A DNA stretch of 64,000 nt from Kudoa neothunni (Eukaryota > Animalia > Cnidaria), in NCBI GenBank assembly GCA_964304625.1, contig OZ199838.1, positions 2,953,947 to 3,017,946 on the forward strand, given 5' to 3'. The translations under genes and the position numbers were made by a program. The notes beneath the pieces were generated by a model, which was given only the letters and a program-made list of their open reading frames with translations, ran no database searches and was not told the origin of the DNA. Position 1 is the stretch's first letter, and each line of letters begins with the position of its first letter. Positions 12,473 through 25,873 of this stretch are shown piece after piece.

Positions 12473-14173
12473 TTCGAAAGACTGCAATAATCCGTCACCA
12501 AATTTATCCATCTGCTCTAAATATAAAATGTTTGGTGATTTTTCACTCGAAATAAAATTCCCCAAAGTGTTATTGGTTGTGGTATTTTTCACAATTTTGA
12601 AAATATACACGACGACAGTTCATTATTCCCTTCTCGGCATTTATAACCTTTGAAATTTCTCGAAATAAAATTTCATTTCGATGCATTAAAAATTTACAAT
12701 AATAATTAACGAAAATTTCCAGTACATAATACAATGCAAAATTATATTAACCCCAAAGAAGCCTTTATTGACGATGTAACATCGAAATATATCAGAAACA
12801 TTTTCGAAATATGTAGATTTACGCATATATTTATAATCAATTCGTGGCAAAAAAAAACTATATTCGAAAATTTACCACAATGAATCTATTTTTAATCATA
12901 AATTATATTCAATTGACTTACCAAGTTAGGTCGCTTGTATATGATTATAGTTACATACTTTTACACATATACAAGCACAACAGCAGATTTTAGGTTTAAA
13001 TTACACATATATAGAAAAGTTAATATTTATTCACGGCTGATTCTAAACGTTAATAAGAATATCTTAATGTTTACCCTAAGATTATTTCCCTTAACTTGAC
13101 GGCGCTTGAAGAGTTTTTGAAGTGTCCGCAGCAGTTCAAACGACACTTTCAGATTATTATATTTATTTTAGTAACTTTTGTAATTACGATTCAAATCAAT
13201 TTTAAAAATTAGATTTATCCTTCTTAGTCGATTATAAACTATCGTTGTTGTTTTAAAAATTGTTAATAACAATGAGTACTATTGATCATTAATATTTAAG
13301 AAAAATAAAGCAAATCTATTCACTAGTTTTTATGAGCTATAAAGTATCTCTACATAAATGAAAAATATTGAACTAAATATCTAAGAAAGGTGGCAACTGA
13401 TTTTAACTTAAAAGTAAAAAACAAACGTCAAAGGGTGGTATCAATTAACATAATTAAATAATGTAGTAGGAAGATGGGAAGTATTACCTTAAAAGCCCAT
13501 AAAATTTAGTGGAATCTTTATAACACGTATCGACCACTTTGGAGACCCCTGTCCTAATGTATAAATATTAATATGGGTGTGAAGAGGTTCTCAAATTATT
13601 TTGGTAAACTAGCCGCATAAAAGTTTCTCTTAGTGTAAGCATTCACAATTGATTTTATCGCTCTGTCTAAACCATACACATATATATATATATATATATA
13701 TGCGTTACCGAAATGACTATAGAAGCTGCAGAATTCAGTTTGTATGGGTGGTATTTTCTCTGATCGGATGACGCACTCATAATTAAACAATTTTTTCGTA
13801 ATCTATTTAGTTCTTGATTAATCTCAAAATATGTTATTCTCGAATTAACGTTGTGTACATAGAATATGCCTCTTCATAATAGAACTACATAACCATTTCA
13901 CTGTTGTTCATTGTGTCATATTCTTGAGGTGATGTTTTTGCATGTTCTTGTTATAAATTAAAAGTTTAGCGCCAATATAATATTTATGTTTAGATGAATT
14001 ATTATTTTGGTTTAATATATTAATATTTTGATAACAATTCCATAATTTAACTTTGGAATACACAATTTTTGGGTCAAACTCGTTGCATTTGCACATAAAG
14101 TTTAAACACAAATCATATAATTAATAAAATTGAGGATTAGAATTACATTAATAAGATTAGAAACAACTTGAAG

Positions 14174-16466
14174 ATGTGTAGAACTATCGGACTCATAATA
14201 TTTCTAGAAATAGTTGCTCCAGCTGGAGTTCTTACCACCCCTGAGAACAGAGATGAATATCAGGTATATTTTTGAATTTTCTTATCTAAAATATTATATA
14301 GTCTGGACTAGCTATAATGTTCAATTTCGGTGAGTTATATATTTTACCGTATCATTTTCGGTATGTCGAAGCATACCAGGTTATTTCTTTTAAAAGTTTC
14401 AGAACACGAAAATGCAGATGTAAAACCAGATTGTATCTAATTTCTTTAAGATATTGTTCTAGTGACTAAGTTCGTCAATATGGAGGAACATATCAAAACC
14501 ATCAAATGGTGCATAAAAAATGAAATACATGGGAATGAACCTTATTTGAACTCAAAATTCAACCCGATGATTATGTTCATAATATTTGAAGTTAATTATT
14601 TACCAATGTAACTACGAATCAATAAATGGAGAATAAATTAAGCTCAATTTTAGGGATTGGAAAGTGGAGTGGTTTCAACATATTTATCATGTTAAAGAAT
14701 GGAAGATCAGTAATGATATAATACTCAAGCAACAATCGATATTTATAAACAGAGAAGTAGAAACGTTCATTCACAATGTAGTTGGAGCCTACCGATATAG
14801 TCATACGGTTTGAGCGATATTTTAAATTAATTTAGTTCTAAACCATTATATTTAGGATTTCTGCAATCAGCCAGTAATTTATTTGGGTTTCGACAGCCTA
14901 ACATTCGGTCGCTTATTTTCAAACGAATCACCTCATATAGAAACTGAATTTTCATTTCAATATGGTAGGAAAAAGTATCACTCGTACCAAAGAAAGTATT
15001 TGTGTCATGGAATGTATTTAATGGAAAAATTATTACATATAAAACAAATATTAGTAATAAACATATACGCGTTGTCAGAATTTGACCATCTATAGAATAG
15101 TAAGGCCGGATTTAACCTGATCTATCCTTGTGCCGTAAACTATGACAAGCCTATGGAGGTTCACTTGAAATATTTGAGATTTTGTTTGGATGACAATTTT
15201 ACCATCCCAAACTTATCCCTATATAGAATTGTAGCAAAATTCGATTTTGCTGCTTGCTCACAGTTAATACATGAAACATTATCCGATCCCACCTTGTGTA
15301 TAAGAAAGGAAAATTGTTTCAGTGAGGATTATAAAACTCTTATCATAAACTTATTCACGAAAATACCCCCTGAATATCAGAAGGATCCATTTAAAGTTTT
15401 ATTTTCTATATTATCTCGTTTTTTTATATTCTTACAGGTGTTACACGATTTTGATGAAATGTCTCTGGGACTAACTGGAATATTTTGGATTGCATCCATA
15501 GTTAGACTAATATCAACAAACTGTGAAGCTAATCCAAAACCCACATCGGTGGATATTTGCTTTACTAAATACTTGTTAAATAAGGGTATAGTACAAGTTT
15601 GAAAATTCCGTGTGTCTTTTTCTTGTGTTCATCCATTACATAATTGACCATATTGCCGAAAAAAGGAAAGAAGGTTTCGGTTCAGTTTTATTTCCTGTAG
15701 AGGCACTATTTGGAGTTCCTTTTCTTGATCTCCGTGTTGATATTCTTAAGTTGGACAAAATAGAATTACCAAATTTTACTTTTCTTAGATTAAAGGTATT
15801 TCTTGATCCATCTCAAAATTCACTGATAATAAAAATTCGTTTAGCCACCGTCGTCTTTAGCTCCGTCCATACCAGCGATAACAATTCAAGTAATAGAAAC
15901 GGAGTATTATCAAAGTATGGCGCCTCAGAGTATTTATTATTCGAATGTTAGGAAATTGAAAAATACGTTTTAATTATATTAAAAATATCAGGTTTGTTTA
16001 GCTATTCAACAACAGACGTTTACAAGCCGAAAATTCAAGAAACATCACGTTAATTTTTGTTTGATTCTAATTTAAATTTTACATAAAAAATTTAATTTAA
16101 TTAGAAACATCTTATTCAAAAAAACGAACATCCACATCGTTTCGACAAATTCAGACGTCATTTACAATTTATTCACCCACAGAAACAACTAGAATTAAGC
16201 AAGTAACAGCCTCTGAAATCTATTCAACTTCGGAGACATTTAAAATTACTCAAGAAGTAACTTCGTTGAGTTATTCATCATCTGAAAGACTCTTCGCTGA
16301 TACCGAAACATCCGCACCAGACGCTGACGGCACATGTCTAATAATAGTCCTTATTTCGATAACTGGTTTATTCGTAATATTCGTTCCCTCAATAATGTTT
16401 ACGATTCTTTTAATAAAAAGAAAATGGTTCCCAACTTCCACATTAGGGAATGAGTCGGACCTTTGA
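14174..16466 (+). CDS. Multi-exon type I membrane protein (ectodomain, Ser/Thr-rich stalk, TM helix, short tail), function unknown
   Basis: Hydrophobic N-terminus MCRTIGLIIFLEIVAPAGVLT. Successive GT-AG-bounded exons stay in frame (e.g. DWKVEWFQHIYHVKEWK, DFCNQPVIYLGFDSLTFG). Last exon is S/T-rich, then CLIIVLISITGLFVIFVPSIMFTILLI-KRKW. Exon boundaries between 15.2 and 16.1 kb are uncertain. Confidence 0.7.
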
Positions 16467-16499
16467 CTTTACTTAACGATTTCTTGAACTAAACACATT

Positions 16500-17172
16500 T
16501 ATATACATAGCTTCTTATGTCTGTTCGTTTGTGTCTGTTTGCAGCGGGGTACGCATGTATCTTGGAGAAACTTTTTTAGATACAGTTTTTATTATGATCA
16601 TGAATAGGAGATACTTTTTAAATGTCCACAAATTCACTTAAAAGTATTAATATAATCAATACCACTATCGGAAATAAGAGATTTAACAGTTGTCTATTTA
16701 AACAATGGATTAAAAGTTACCCTCATATTGATAATTTTGGTCTACTTAAGAGTGATTGTTAATTAGCTTGAACTTTTACATTCTACAAACAAATTGAATC
16801 CATTAACTAAAGTATAGAATGCCTTGAGAATGTTATATATGTCGTTTGGAGTAATTTTAAGACAGATAAAGCTATTAAAGCCGTGTTTTAAGGAGATGTT
16901 GCATTTCCCTTAAAGATTGTGGCGTAACCAAATTATTTACGATGTAGATTCATTATTCAAAGGTTAAAGATGCTTCAAAGTAAAATGTCTTATGATGATA
17001 TTAAATAAAATGCGTAATTTGAAATTAAGAATTGTTGTCGTAAAGGAATAATTTGGTGACTGTATACGCATTCTAAAACTGATGTAATCTGTGTTTTTCT
17101 AAAAATGTTTACATCTTGTGAATTTACATAGACCTCCTTAGGCAACAACAAATATAACTATTTTAACAATTT
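16500..17172 (-). repeat. Dispersed repeat family member (possibly a decayed LINE 3' end)
   Basis: 16814-17172 is near-identical to 11333-11693; the full length aligns loosely with 27300-27950 (e.g. taagggaaatgcaaca, acagacataaga). Confidence 0.7.
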
Positions 17173-18226
17173 TTATGTTTGATGAGGTAATATTTTAAGT
17201 AATATTTAAATTTCTTTGACCCCAGGACTTTTTCATTTTTTTAACAATTATATTCTTTTAGTCCGTCTAATTGTAATACTTACTACATGCATTTAATAAA
17301 AATTAGGTGATGGGATTTTTACCATTGCTAAGTTACTATTAAATACTTACATCGCCTAAAAACCATTATCCATGTTATTTGTAGATTAATGGATATCATG
17401 TTTCAAGTAGATAGATACCATTATTTTCAAATATTTTCAAGAAGTAAACGATGATAATAGAATGTCTAATTAAGTCATAATGTGATCTTTGAGCATCAGA
17501 CCCGTACACTCGGTGATTACAGCCCCGTTGGGCTTGCTAACAAGCGTATGCAATGGTAGATTATGATTTGATCGTCGGTTATTAAATGGAGGCGTTCTTC
17601 CCAACTTAATTGTAATTATTCAGATGTGGAGACTTTAAAACATTTTTTTAATAAAAATAAATATATTTTAAAGGTGCTGACGGATTTTGGTGACTCTCGC
17701 TTTTGATTTAAAATAAAAATTGGATGTATGCCATGTTGGATTATCTAGGACCGGCTACCGCTCCATTTTCGGAGCATAATATTAGGAGAATGAAATCTTC
17801 AATATGTCACCCGCTAGCGCGGCTTGCACGTGTATTAACTTTACATTATTATTTAGTCGCGTGGTTGTTAGTTTAGTAAAACGTGTTCCTATGGCCGCAT
17901 TTAATTTAACATGCCATCCTTCATCACATTGCTAGTTGAAGACTCTTCTAAAGGATGATCTCTGGATAGCCCCCATAGCCGAACGAAATCCATCGGTACA
18001 AAACCAAAAAATGCATTTATTACGCTTCTAGTAATACTCTGGCATTTTTCAATCAATATAAATGTCATTAACTATCTTAATATTTTTTATTATTTTGATA
18101 TTAATTGGTAGTAACTACATTTAAATGAAGTAGCAGGAATAACGCTTATTAAAAGTGAAATATTTAAATTAGTAAATACACATTTTCTTTATAACTTTAT
18201 AGTTATCAATTACAGACTCTAATTAA

Positions 18227-20060
18227 CCCTCTGGAGCACGCTTGGGGTCTTTTAGACCCCACGTGGTTTTAATATCGCTGTAATATTTTTCGGTTTAAGC
18301 TATTGACTCGTAATTAATTTTATTCGCATATTTTTGTACAAAAATTATAGAGATTTAACAGATATGGATTTTGAAAATTTTTTACATGGTGATAGCAGTG
18401 ATATGTTTTAGTCGGATTCGGAGACCTATAGCTCTGACTCCTATTTGGATAACGTACTATCAGAAAACAATGATATATCTGATTCTGATGTGTCAAAAGA
18501 CATTAGCGATGATGAATTGATTGTTGACTGTTCAAATATTAATAAGGATACATTACATGGAAAGAATTATGAATGGTCGCCTAATCCAGTCGGGTTATTT
18601 GGCAAAAAAAGAAAACATGATATTATTCAAGAAAAACATCGAATCAATCTTCCTGATAATGTTTATACGGAGTCTGAGATATGGAGCTTATTTATTACAG
18701 ACGAAATACTGAACGACATTCTACATTTTACAAATGACCACCTAAAAAAATACAAACTAATTTCAAACGAAAAAGAGATTGCGTTGAATTTGATTTATGT
18801 GAATTAAAAGCGTTTATAGGTTTACATTGTTTTCTTGGCGTAAAAAAAGCTAATTTAACCAATATGAATGAACTCTGGGCAGATATCTTTGGATTTTCCA
18901 TTTGCAAAAAAGTACTCGGCCAAAATAGATTTAAGTTATTGAAACGTTGTCCACGTTTTACGAATGACTCGTCAATATCATTGGAGTCCTCTAATGATAG
19001 ATTATTTAAAATTAGAGATGTTATTAGCCGCGTAAAATCCAATTTCTTAAAATACTATACTCCAACCGAATATTTAACAATTGACGAAATGCTTCGGGCG
19101 TTTAGAGGCAACTGTATTTTTAAGCAATACATGCCTCTAAAACCTGCAAAATGTGGCATAAAAATCTTTAATATGGTATGGCCGATGCCAAAACATGTTA
19201 TTCCTTAAATATTAAGGTATACTTCAGTGCTCAAAATGTTGGCACTCATAAAATTGACAACTCACCAAAAAGTTTAGTACTGCGATTGGTAGAACCGATT
19301 TTAGGTTCTGGTAGAAACGTTACGGTAGATAATTGGTTTACCTCAGTTCCTCTCTTCGAAGAATTATTGAAACGTGGTATCACTGCATGTGGTACTATTA
19401 GAAAAATTAAAAAGGAGATTCCTTCGGAATTTCTACCATCGAAGACAAAAGAGATATACTCATCCATGTTAGGCTTTACTAAAGATTTTACATTACTGTC
19501 ATACACTTTGAAAAAAAAACAAATCTGTCATATTATTGAGTTCTTTTCACCATAAACCAATAATAGATTCGAATCATTCCCGGAAACTTCCAGAAATGAT
19601 TTCATTTTATAATTCCACCACGAGAGGTGTAGACACAATCGACCAAATGTGTACCAATTATTCTACCTATCGAACTACCAGAAGGTGGCCAGCAGTAATA
19701 TTTCATGCGCTCCTAGATGTAGTTTCAATAAATCCATATGTAATTTATTGTTTAAATACGAAGAAAAATATTCGGAGAAAAGAATTCTTAAAATCGTTAG
19801 CATTACAATTGCTAGAGCAACAAATGAATCGCAAAAGTACAGATTAATTTATGCATTAATAATATCAATGTAGATGAGGCAAAAATTAAAGAATGTGACC
19901 AAATATCTACTGCCGCAGATAGAAGATGTCATATATGTGTTAGGCAAAATGATCGTAAAACTCAATCAAAATGCAATATTTGTTGGGGAATTATTTGCAA
20001 AAAACATTCTAAAACTATGTGCGATAATTGTTTTGTTAACCCATAACGGGTCCAATGTTT
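18227..20060 (+). mobile_element. piggyBac transposon with frameshifted transposase (PGBD4-like)
   Basis: Left end TTAA|CCCT at 18223-18230. Motifs TIDEMLRAFRGNCIFKQYMPLKPAKCGIK, NVTVDNWFTS, GVDTIDQMC and a C-terminal Cys-rich domain CHIC...CNIC...CKKH...CDNC. Right end not identified. Confidence 0.92.
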
Positions 20061-20299
20061 AGATTTTATTTATAATTTATATATATATATATATATGTAT
20101 TAAATCATTAATAATTAACACTGGTGTAATAGATTTTTGAAATATTAAATATTTAATGAATTACAATCGAATTAGTAATTGGCCGAAAAAGCAACGAAAA
20201 ACTACTAACGTGCGATTTTCCAATAGCAGGTTTGTGTTTGCGGTATACAAATAACAGCTGGTTTAAAGTGAAATAATTGTAAATAATCATGCCTTATGA

Positions 20300-21099
20300 A
20301 ATCTCATTGAACATTTTATGTGCATATAACATTGTCAATTCGTACATAAATGTATTGTAGTTTTTTTACAAACTATACACCTACGTTTCTTTTTTGCAGG
20401 ATGGGTATTAAGCAAGGGTTTTTTGCACAATGATGACGCTTGGAGTTTGGATAGGAACGATGTTCTGGTAAGTTTTTCATGGTCACTAATGCTAATTAAA
20501 CATGTTACGATATTCCGAATATGGTTTAACAATTTTATTTTTCCATCATTTGTATAGGTAACCAATTTATATGAGTTAACCGCAGCCAGGGATAACATAT
20601 TGGTAAACTGGGGCCAGTACCATTCTTTAGATTTTATATTTACTCTGTAACATGAAACTGAAGCATCGACTCCTCCCATGTATTTATTGTACATATAACA
20701 CATGTAAGGTTGAGGAACGTTGTCGGATCTGTTGGACAGGTTCGGCATTTAGTGCATTACTCATTAGAGCTACAGGTTTTGTGTCTCTTCAATATAGACA
20801 ATTAATGCCAAATTCTTTTTCCTTAAATGTTTCGAAGAAACCTCTCGATTTTTTTTCCATCACTTTATTTGTTGTAAGCGGGCATTTGGAAGTACGATTG
20901 GTTCTCACGGTGCCGGTTGCTTTGAGGGATCTTTTCTTTAGTTCAACGAACAATTTATAGGATGTGAAAAAATTGTCCATATAAATATGAGCGTTTGGTT
21001 TATCCTTAAGATCGTCCGCAAAATTCAGCACAACACTGCCACCGAGGCCAAAATATTTATCATATTTCACTGACTTACCTGTATAAACGTCAAAGCTAT
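20300..21099 (-). pseudogene. piggyBac (PGBD3-like) transposase, 3' half
   Basis: FDVYTGKS..GLGGSVVL, YMDNFFTSY, ATGTVRTNR, YNKYMGGVD, WYWP, RRCIVC. The 5' side is replaced by repeat D. Confidence 0.88.
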
Positions 21100-21239
21100 A
21101 CACAAAACAACATCGTCTTTTTGTCAGTGTTGGTGGCAGAGAATACATAATTACAACGCACATACAGGTGCTTTTTCTAATAGAAACCTCATAGTGTTGG
21201 ATTTACAATCATGGGCGTGGTTAAATGATAAACTATATC

Positions 21240-22330
21240 TCTTATGTGATTCATAGATGATCTAAATTTCTCGTTGTCCATATTTTTAAACTAGCAGGAG
21301 TTAATAGCTGCGATAGACAACGTATTCGTGTGTAATGTCCATTACTACTACTTACGTCGGATTATAATACGAGAGCAATGCTACTCCATTATCAACAAAG
21401 TCAATTTCTCCCATGTTCCTATTATATAGATGTTATTCGAAAGGTTGATCTATTTAACGTGGCTTTTATCAATTTACAATATCTTTTTATGTTGTTTAAT
21501 AATTTAGCGCCATAAAAATAACGTATTCGAAGAACGGACTTTTTATCATTCAGTTGATCAAAGTGATCGTATTTTGATGGTCATCGAAACATACATGTGT
21601 AACACGACTTTTTTTCATCATATTCTTCGAAGTTAGTGAACAGCTTCCAATTCGATTATTTCTCACAGTACCAGCTGCATTAATTCCGTTTGTAGTCAAT
21701 TCATATGTCAGCTTGTAAGCTGGAAAAAGCTATCAAAGAAAACGTATAGTTCAGCTTTGTTTTCATTATCAGCGACGAACGTTTTAACAATAGACCTCCT
21801 AAAACCAAGTTTTTTCCTAAGTTACAGATTTTCCAGTATTTAAATCAAACCCAACTGGTTTTACCTTTATGAACATTTTAAATCAATGATACCAAATGTT
21901 TGTGAAGCTACAATATTTTAATAAATTTTTGTTCAGCTTTTCAATCAGACTTAACCTCAAAAAGTTTATCATCACAATTTAACTTTGAATTTTCGTTAGA
22001 ATTGATATAATGATTTTTTTAAAATTATTTCTAAGATATTGCCCTTTTTAACAATTTCAATACCTGAATCCAATGTAGAATTCGAATACATGTGTTGTTC
22101 AGCAAGACAACGGTATTCTAGCGTTAAAAACAAACCAGTGAAAGAGGAAAAATCTTTGATGATTAAATAAAATGAATAATCATTTGTTCGGGTTTACTTA
22201 AAAGTTGGAGTTTTCACAAACGGAGTAACAACTACCCATCGAACATGTCTCTAAGTAGTTCACTAGAACCAGCGTTGTCAATAGTGTCAGATATTATTTT
22301 TAAATGTATTATATTCCCCGATTCTTTAAT
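21240..22330 (-). pseudogene. Second, more decayed PGBD3-like piggyBac transposase
   Basis: Remnants QHMYS..DSG, LGGLL, VFFDSFF..YKL, AAGTVRNNRIGSC in broken frames. Confidence 0.7.
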
Positions 22331-22694
22331 TCATGGTCTTTTAAAGATGTAATAATCATAAAACGCTCTTTCATAAGTAAAAAGTTATCGCAAATTCACA
22401 AAAAATGAAAATTAATTTAATCCGTTCCCACAAATCCAATAAATAACTATTGTTATTCCCATTTACGCGAAAAATGCATAGCTTTTATTTATAAAACATG
22501 GAAAAAAAATTAAATATAGTAATAAAAATAAAATATAGGATAAGTATTTTTTGGTTGTCATACGATAGGTTATAAATTTTTCTCTTTCGATGACGTTCGC
22601 ACAATTTGATTGAGCAACTCTTCTTTGTGTTCCCAACTGGATTTGGTTCTGAATTGGCTGTATTTTCTAAGATGAAAAACATATTTAAAGTTAA

Positions 22695-23800
22695 TTACTT
22701 TTTCCTTCGTTTTAAAACTCTTCTGGAGTGATTCATAACGGTATCGTTAAAAATGTCTACTGTTCTATTCGCCAATAATGTATACGGATGGAATGCTTCC
22801 ACAAAAAGGTTCACTTGACACCACTTAGCACAAACTTCTTTTATGATAGAACTTTGAGTTTTCTCGTTTTCTTCGTCCTCTTCAGACAACTTTTCGTCAA
22901 ACAATCCCCTTTGCTCTTCACGTACATGTATTAGCTGTTCGAACATTAACTCAGCCGAATGATTCCCCACTAGTTCCCCGATGTTTACATTCTCCATCTT
23001 GTACCCCATAATTTTCCCCATTGAAATAATACCTTCAATTGACGCATTTTCAATGATAATAGTATCCCTAGTTTTTGTGTACAAGGTCAAACCCCTGGCG
23101 AAACTTTTTAGGTTGTGGAGTGTTGGCTGGTTAGGCCTTCACCATTAACACTTTAGGCACCGCAGTGTCATATTATATTAAGGAGATTTACGTTTATGCG
23201 GTAGTATGGGATTATAACCCATTAAAGTTAAACATTCTCGTTCCGGAGCAACCACCACCCCAACCATACCCTGAACTAACCCAGAATCAGTCTGTAACGT
23301 CGTCTGAATTCGGGTATCAACTCTACGAAAACTCCCTACTGGATTTTATTTCGATCCTGTAGTACCCCCAGCGTTCATGAGTTTATGAGCGCCCGAGTTC
23401 TACCCTTCCACCAGTTCCCCTCCCACCTGCAAGCAAGACCACGATAAATCGTAGATCCTTGCGATTACTACAGCCTTCCTATTTAATTTCGGATTAGGAG
23501 TACAGGAACGCCCGCATTAGGCTTGAACTCGCAACCTCAAGGTATGTGATCTCGACCTAACACCACTATGACATAATTTCCGGGCTATTACAGTATCCGT
23601 AACTGTCTCGGATAAGCTTCCTTCAGGGCGACGTTATGGTACACACTCTGCTCAAAATTTCCTCCATTTCGAATGTTGAAGTCAAGGTTCCTTATGTCGT
23701 CTGACTCCAAGCAGTAATGTTAAAGAAGACGGCTACTTGATTTTAACCTCTAAACTTCATTTATTTTCGCCGATTCTTTCATGATAATGTTTTACAATTT
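22695..23800 (-). pseudogene. Tigger/pogo (TIGD1-like) transposase 3' part, interrupted by an insertion of about 0.5 kb
   Basis: ORF 22695-23090 (IISMGKIMG..NIGELVGNHSAELMFEQL..VDIFNDTVMNHSRRVLKRRKK) resembles the TIGD1 C-terminus. Upstream AWSQ..WRKF..ECV remnant at about 23640-23730. Confidence 0.7.
23166..23592. mobile_element. GC-richer insertion with a tRNA-like segment (minus strand, about 23507-23584)
   Basis: Minus strand TGTCATAGTGGTG...GCGAGTTCAAGCC gives A/B-box-like motifs; TGTCATA at 23166 and TATGACA ending at 23573 are a perfect inverted 7-mer; no TSD seen. Confidence 0.4.
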
Positions 23801-25840
23801 GAATATTGGACAGTGTCGTTCAATTCCCCAAAAAATTAATTATAAATTTTAAGAAAACTTAGGATTAATCCCCAGTTGTGTTATTTAAGTCTGGATTTTA
23901 TTAAGATTTAAATGTTCATTTCCTATTCGTACCATGTATACTTCATAGTTACACACTTTTCATTGTACATAATGATTCAGATATTTTTCCCCTGGTCGGG
24001 TGGAATAATCCGCGTTAATAGTAGAAAATATTAGAGGTAATAAGGTAGGATGTGGCACCTCAAAAACACTCTTCTACGCATAGTTTTTCGGCCGATTCTT
24101 TCGAGATTGTTTATAATAAAATTAATAAATACCGAGAGAAAGAATTCAAATAATTATAATATCATCTAATTTTTTTAAAAAATTCCTAATACAACATAAT
24201 CGATACATGTGAAATCTTCGTTAAATTCCCAATAACCAATGAAAACACATTTTATTTTCTTTGTACTAACTTCTAAATTGATTATTCACCTTAATATCAA
24301 TTTTAGTAATGGATTATTTCAAAATTATACGACTCAGCCGTTTAATTAAGCCGTACACATCTTACTTTAAATTATCTTCTCTATTTTTTTTGTACACTGA
24401 CTTTGAACTTTTCAAAATAACAGTACGATCAATTATTACTTACTTTAGTTTATAAATTTTTTTAGTTAATTTATCTTAATTATAAAAAAAGTTATAATTA
24501 TTACATCATCCAAATTTTACCATGAAATTTTTATAGTGATAATATAAGCAATTTTTGAACTGCATTACATTTAATAATTCTAAAAAAATGTTGTATCAAT
24601 TAATTAGTTTTTGAAGAATCATTTTTCATAAACGATATTTAGACAGAATAAAACGAGCAATATGAATTGTTATTTAATAGTATATTGTTGAAAATAAATT
24701 ATACGTGTCATATGTTTTGATACATATGGTCCTTAATTTTGATGTCAAATCGTTTTTTTTCAAATAATAATTTTATTTTAAATCTTCTGTCATAATTTAT
24801 AAAATATTTGAGGAAATTTACAAATAATTGTGGTTTTTCTATATTTCTATATTTTACTCTTTACAAGTTGGTTTCACACTATTTTATAATTTAACATTAG
24901 TTCTTTATTCGAAATAAATTGTTATAAAAATTATTTAAACGAAGCAGTTACTACGACATATAATTTGATAAAATGATAAATAATTGGCATTCTATTGTTT
25001 TAAAAATTTTTATTTAATGAGCCGGTCACTGGACCGATAATTTTTTTGCTTTCGTGAAGGATTATTTTGTCGATTTCCAGGGGTTGCACTATAGATGATT
25101 TTACACTTAGCGTTACGCTTTATTTCAAATTAAAATATCTGAAGAAGAAGTTCACCAAAGGAAATTTATACTTATAAATTATGAAAATTCATTCTTAAAG
25201 TTCGTTAAATACAGAAGTTAAGGCTAAAGAGAACATGCCAACAATTTATGAATGTAAACATATTTTAAAATGGTATGCTTCAGTTAAGACCAATATTTAG
25301 ATTTTTTTATTATTATTAGCGATATCCAACGCTAAGCTATCATTACAAATGCTTTCTATACATATTTTATTATTTTTTAATACATAAATTAATATTTAAC
25401 AAAAAGTCATCAATTTGACTAATTTTTCTTATTTTTAGTGTATTAATAGTCGTACATAAAAATAAAATCTCATCTAGGTACAATTGCTTTATTCAAACAT
25501 CAAATGGAGAGCTGTAATACATTATCTGAAATTAAAGGAATTGAGCAGATTTGTAAAAAAAGTTTGATGACTTTAATTTTCAAAAATCGCACTTTGAATT
25601 TTTAAAATCGGAAAAATAGTTTTCATTCCGTCTGAAAATATTACATATTTACTTTAATCAACTCTGTTCATCGCTTTCCGGAAATAATATTTTCTTCTGC
25701 CGGAATTATTAAAACGGTCAGAAGAAATGGAATGTTATGCTCTACTCTAAATGGTCTTATTCGAATACGTGAATAATTCAATACATCGACTAAGAGATTT
25801 AATAACCTTGAGGTTTCTGGATCGATTATAAATTTACGCA

Positions 25841-25873
<33 letters not shown>

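Noticed and set aside
15050-15100. Apparent in-frame TAG at 15093-15095 suggesting a pseudogene or stop-codon reassignment
   Set aside because: A 42-nt phase-0 intron (gtaata...ctatag) removes it, and the other genes end in ordinary TAA/TAG/TGA stops.
11333-17172. Pack-MULE/foldback element with repeat B as TIRs carrying the membrane-protein gene
   Set aside because: No TSD at the outer ends, and B is part of a longer dispersed repeat (16500-17172, 27300-27950); kept only as an inverted duplication.
17480-18000. GC-richer patches that might be an ncRNA
   Set aside because: No recognisable snRNA, tRNA or rRNA motifs and no convincing stems.
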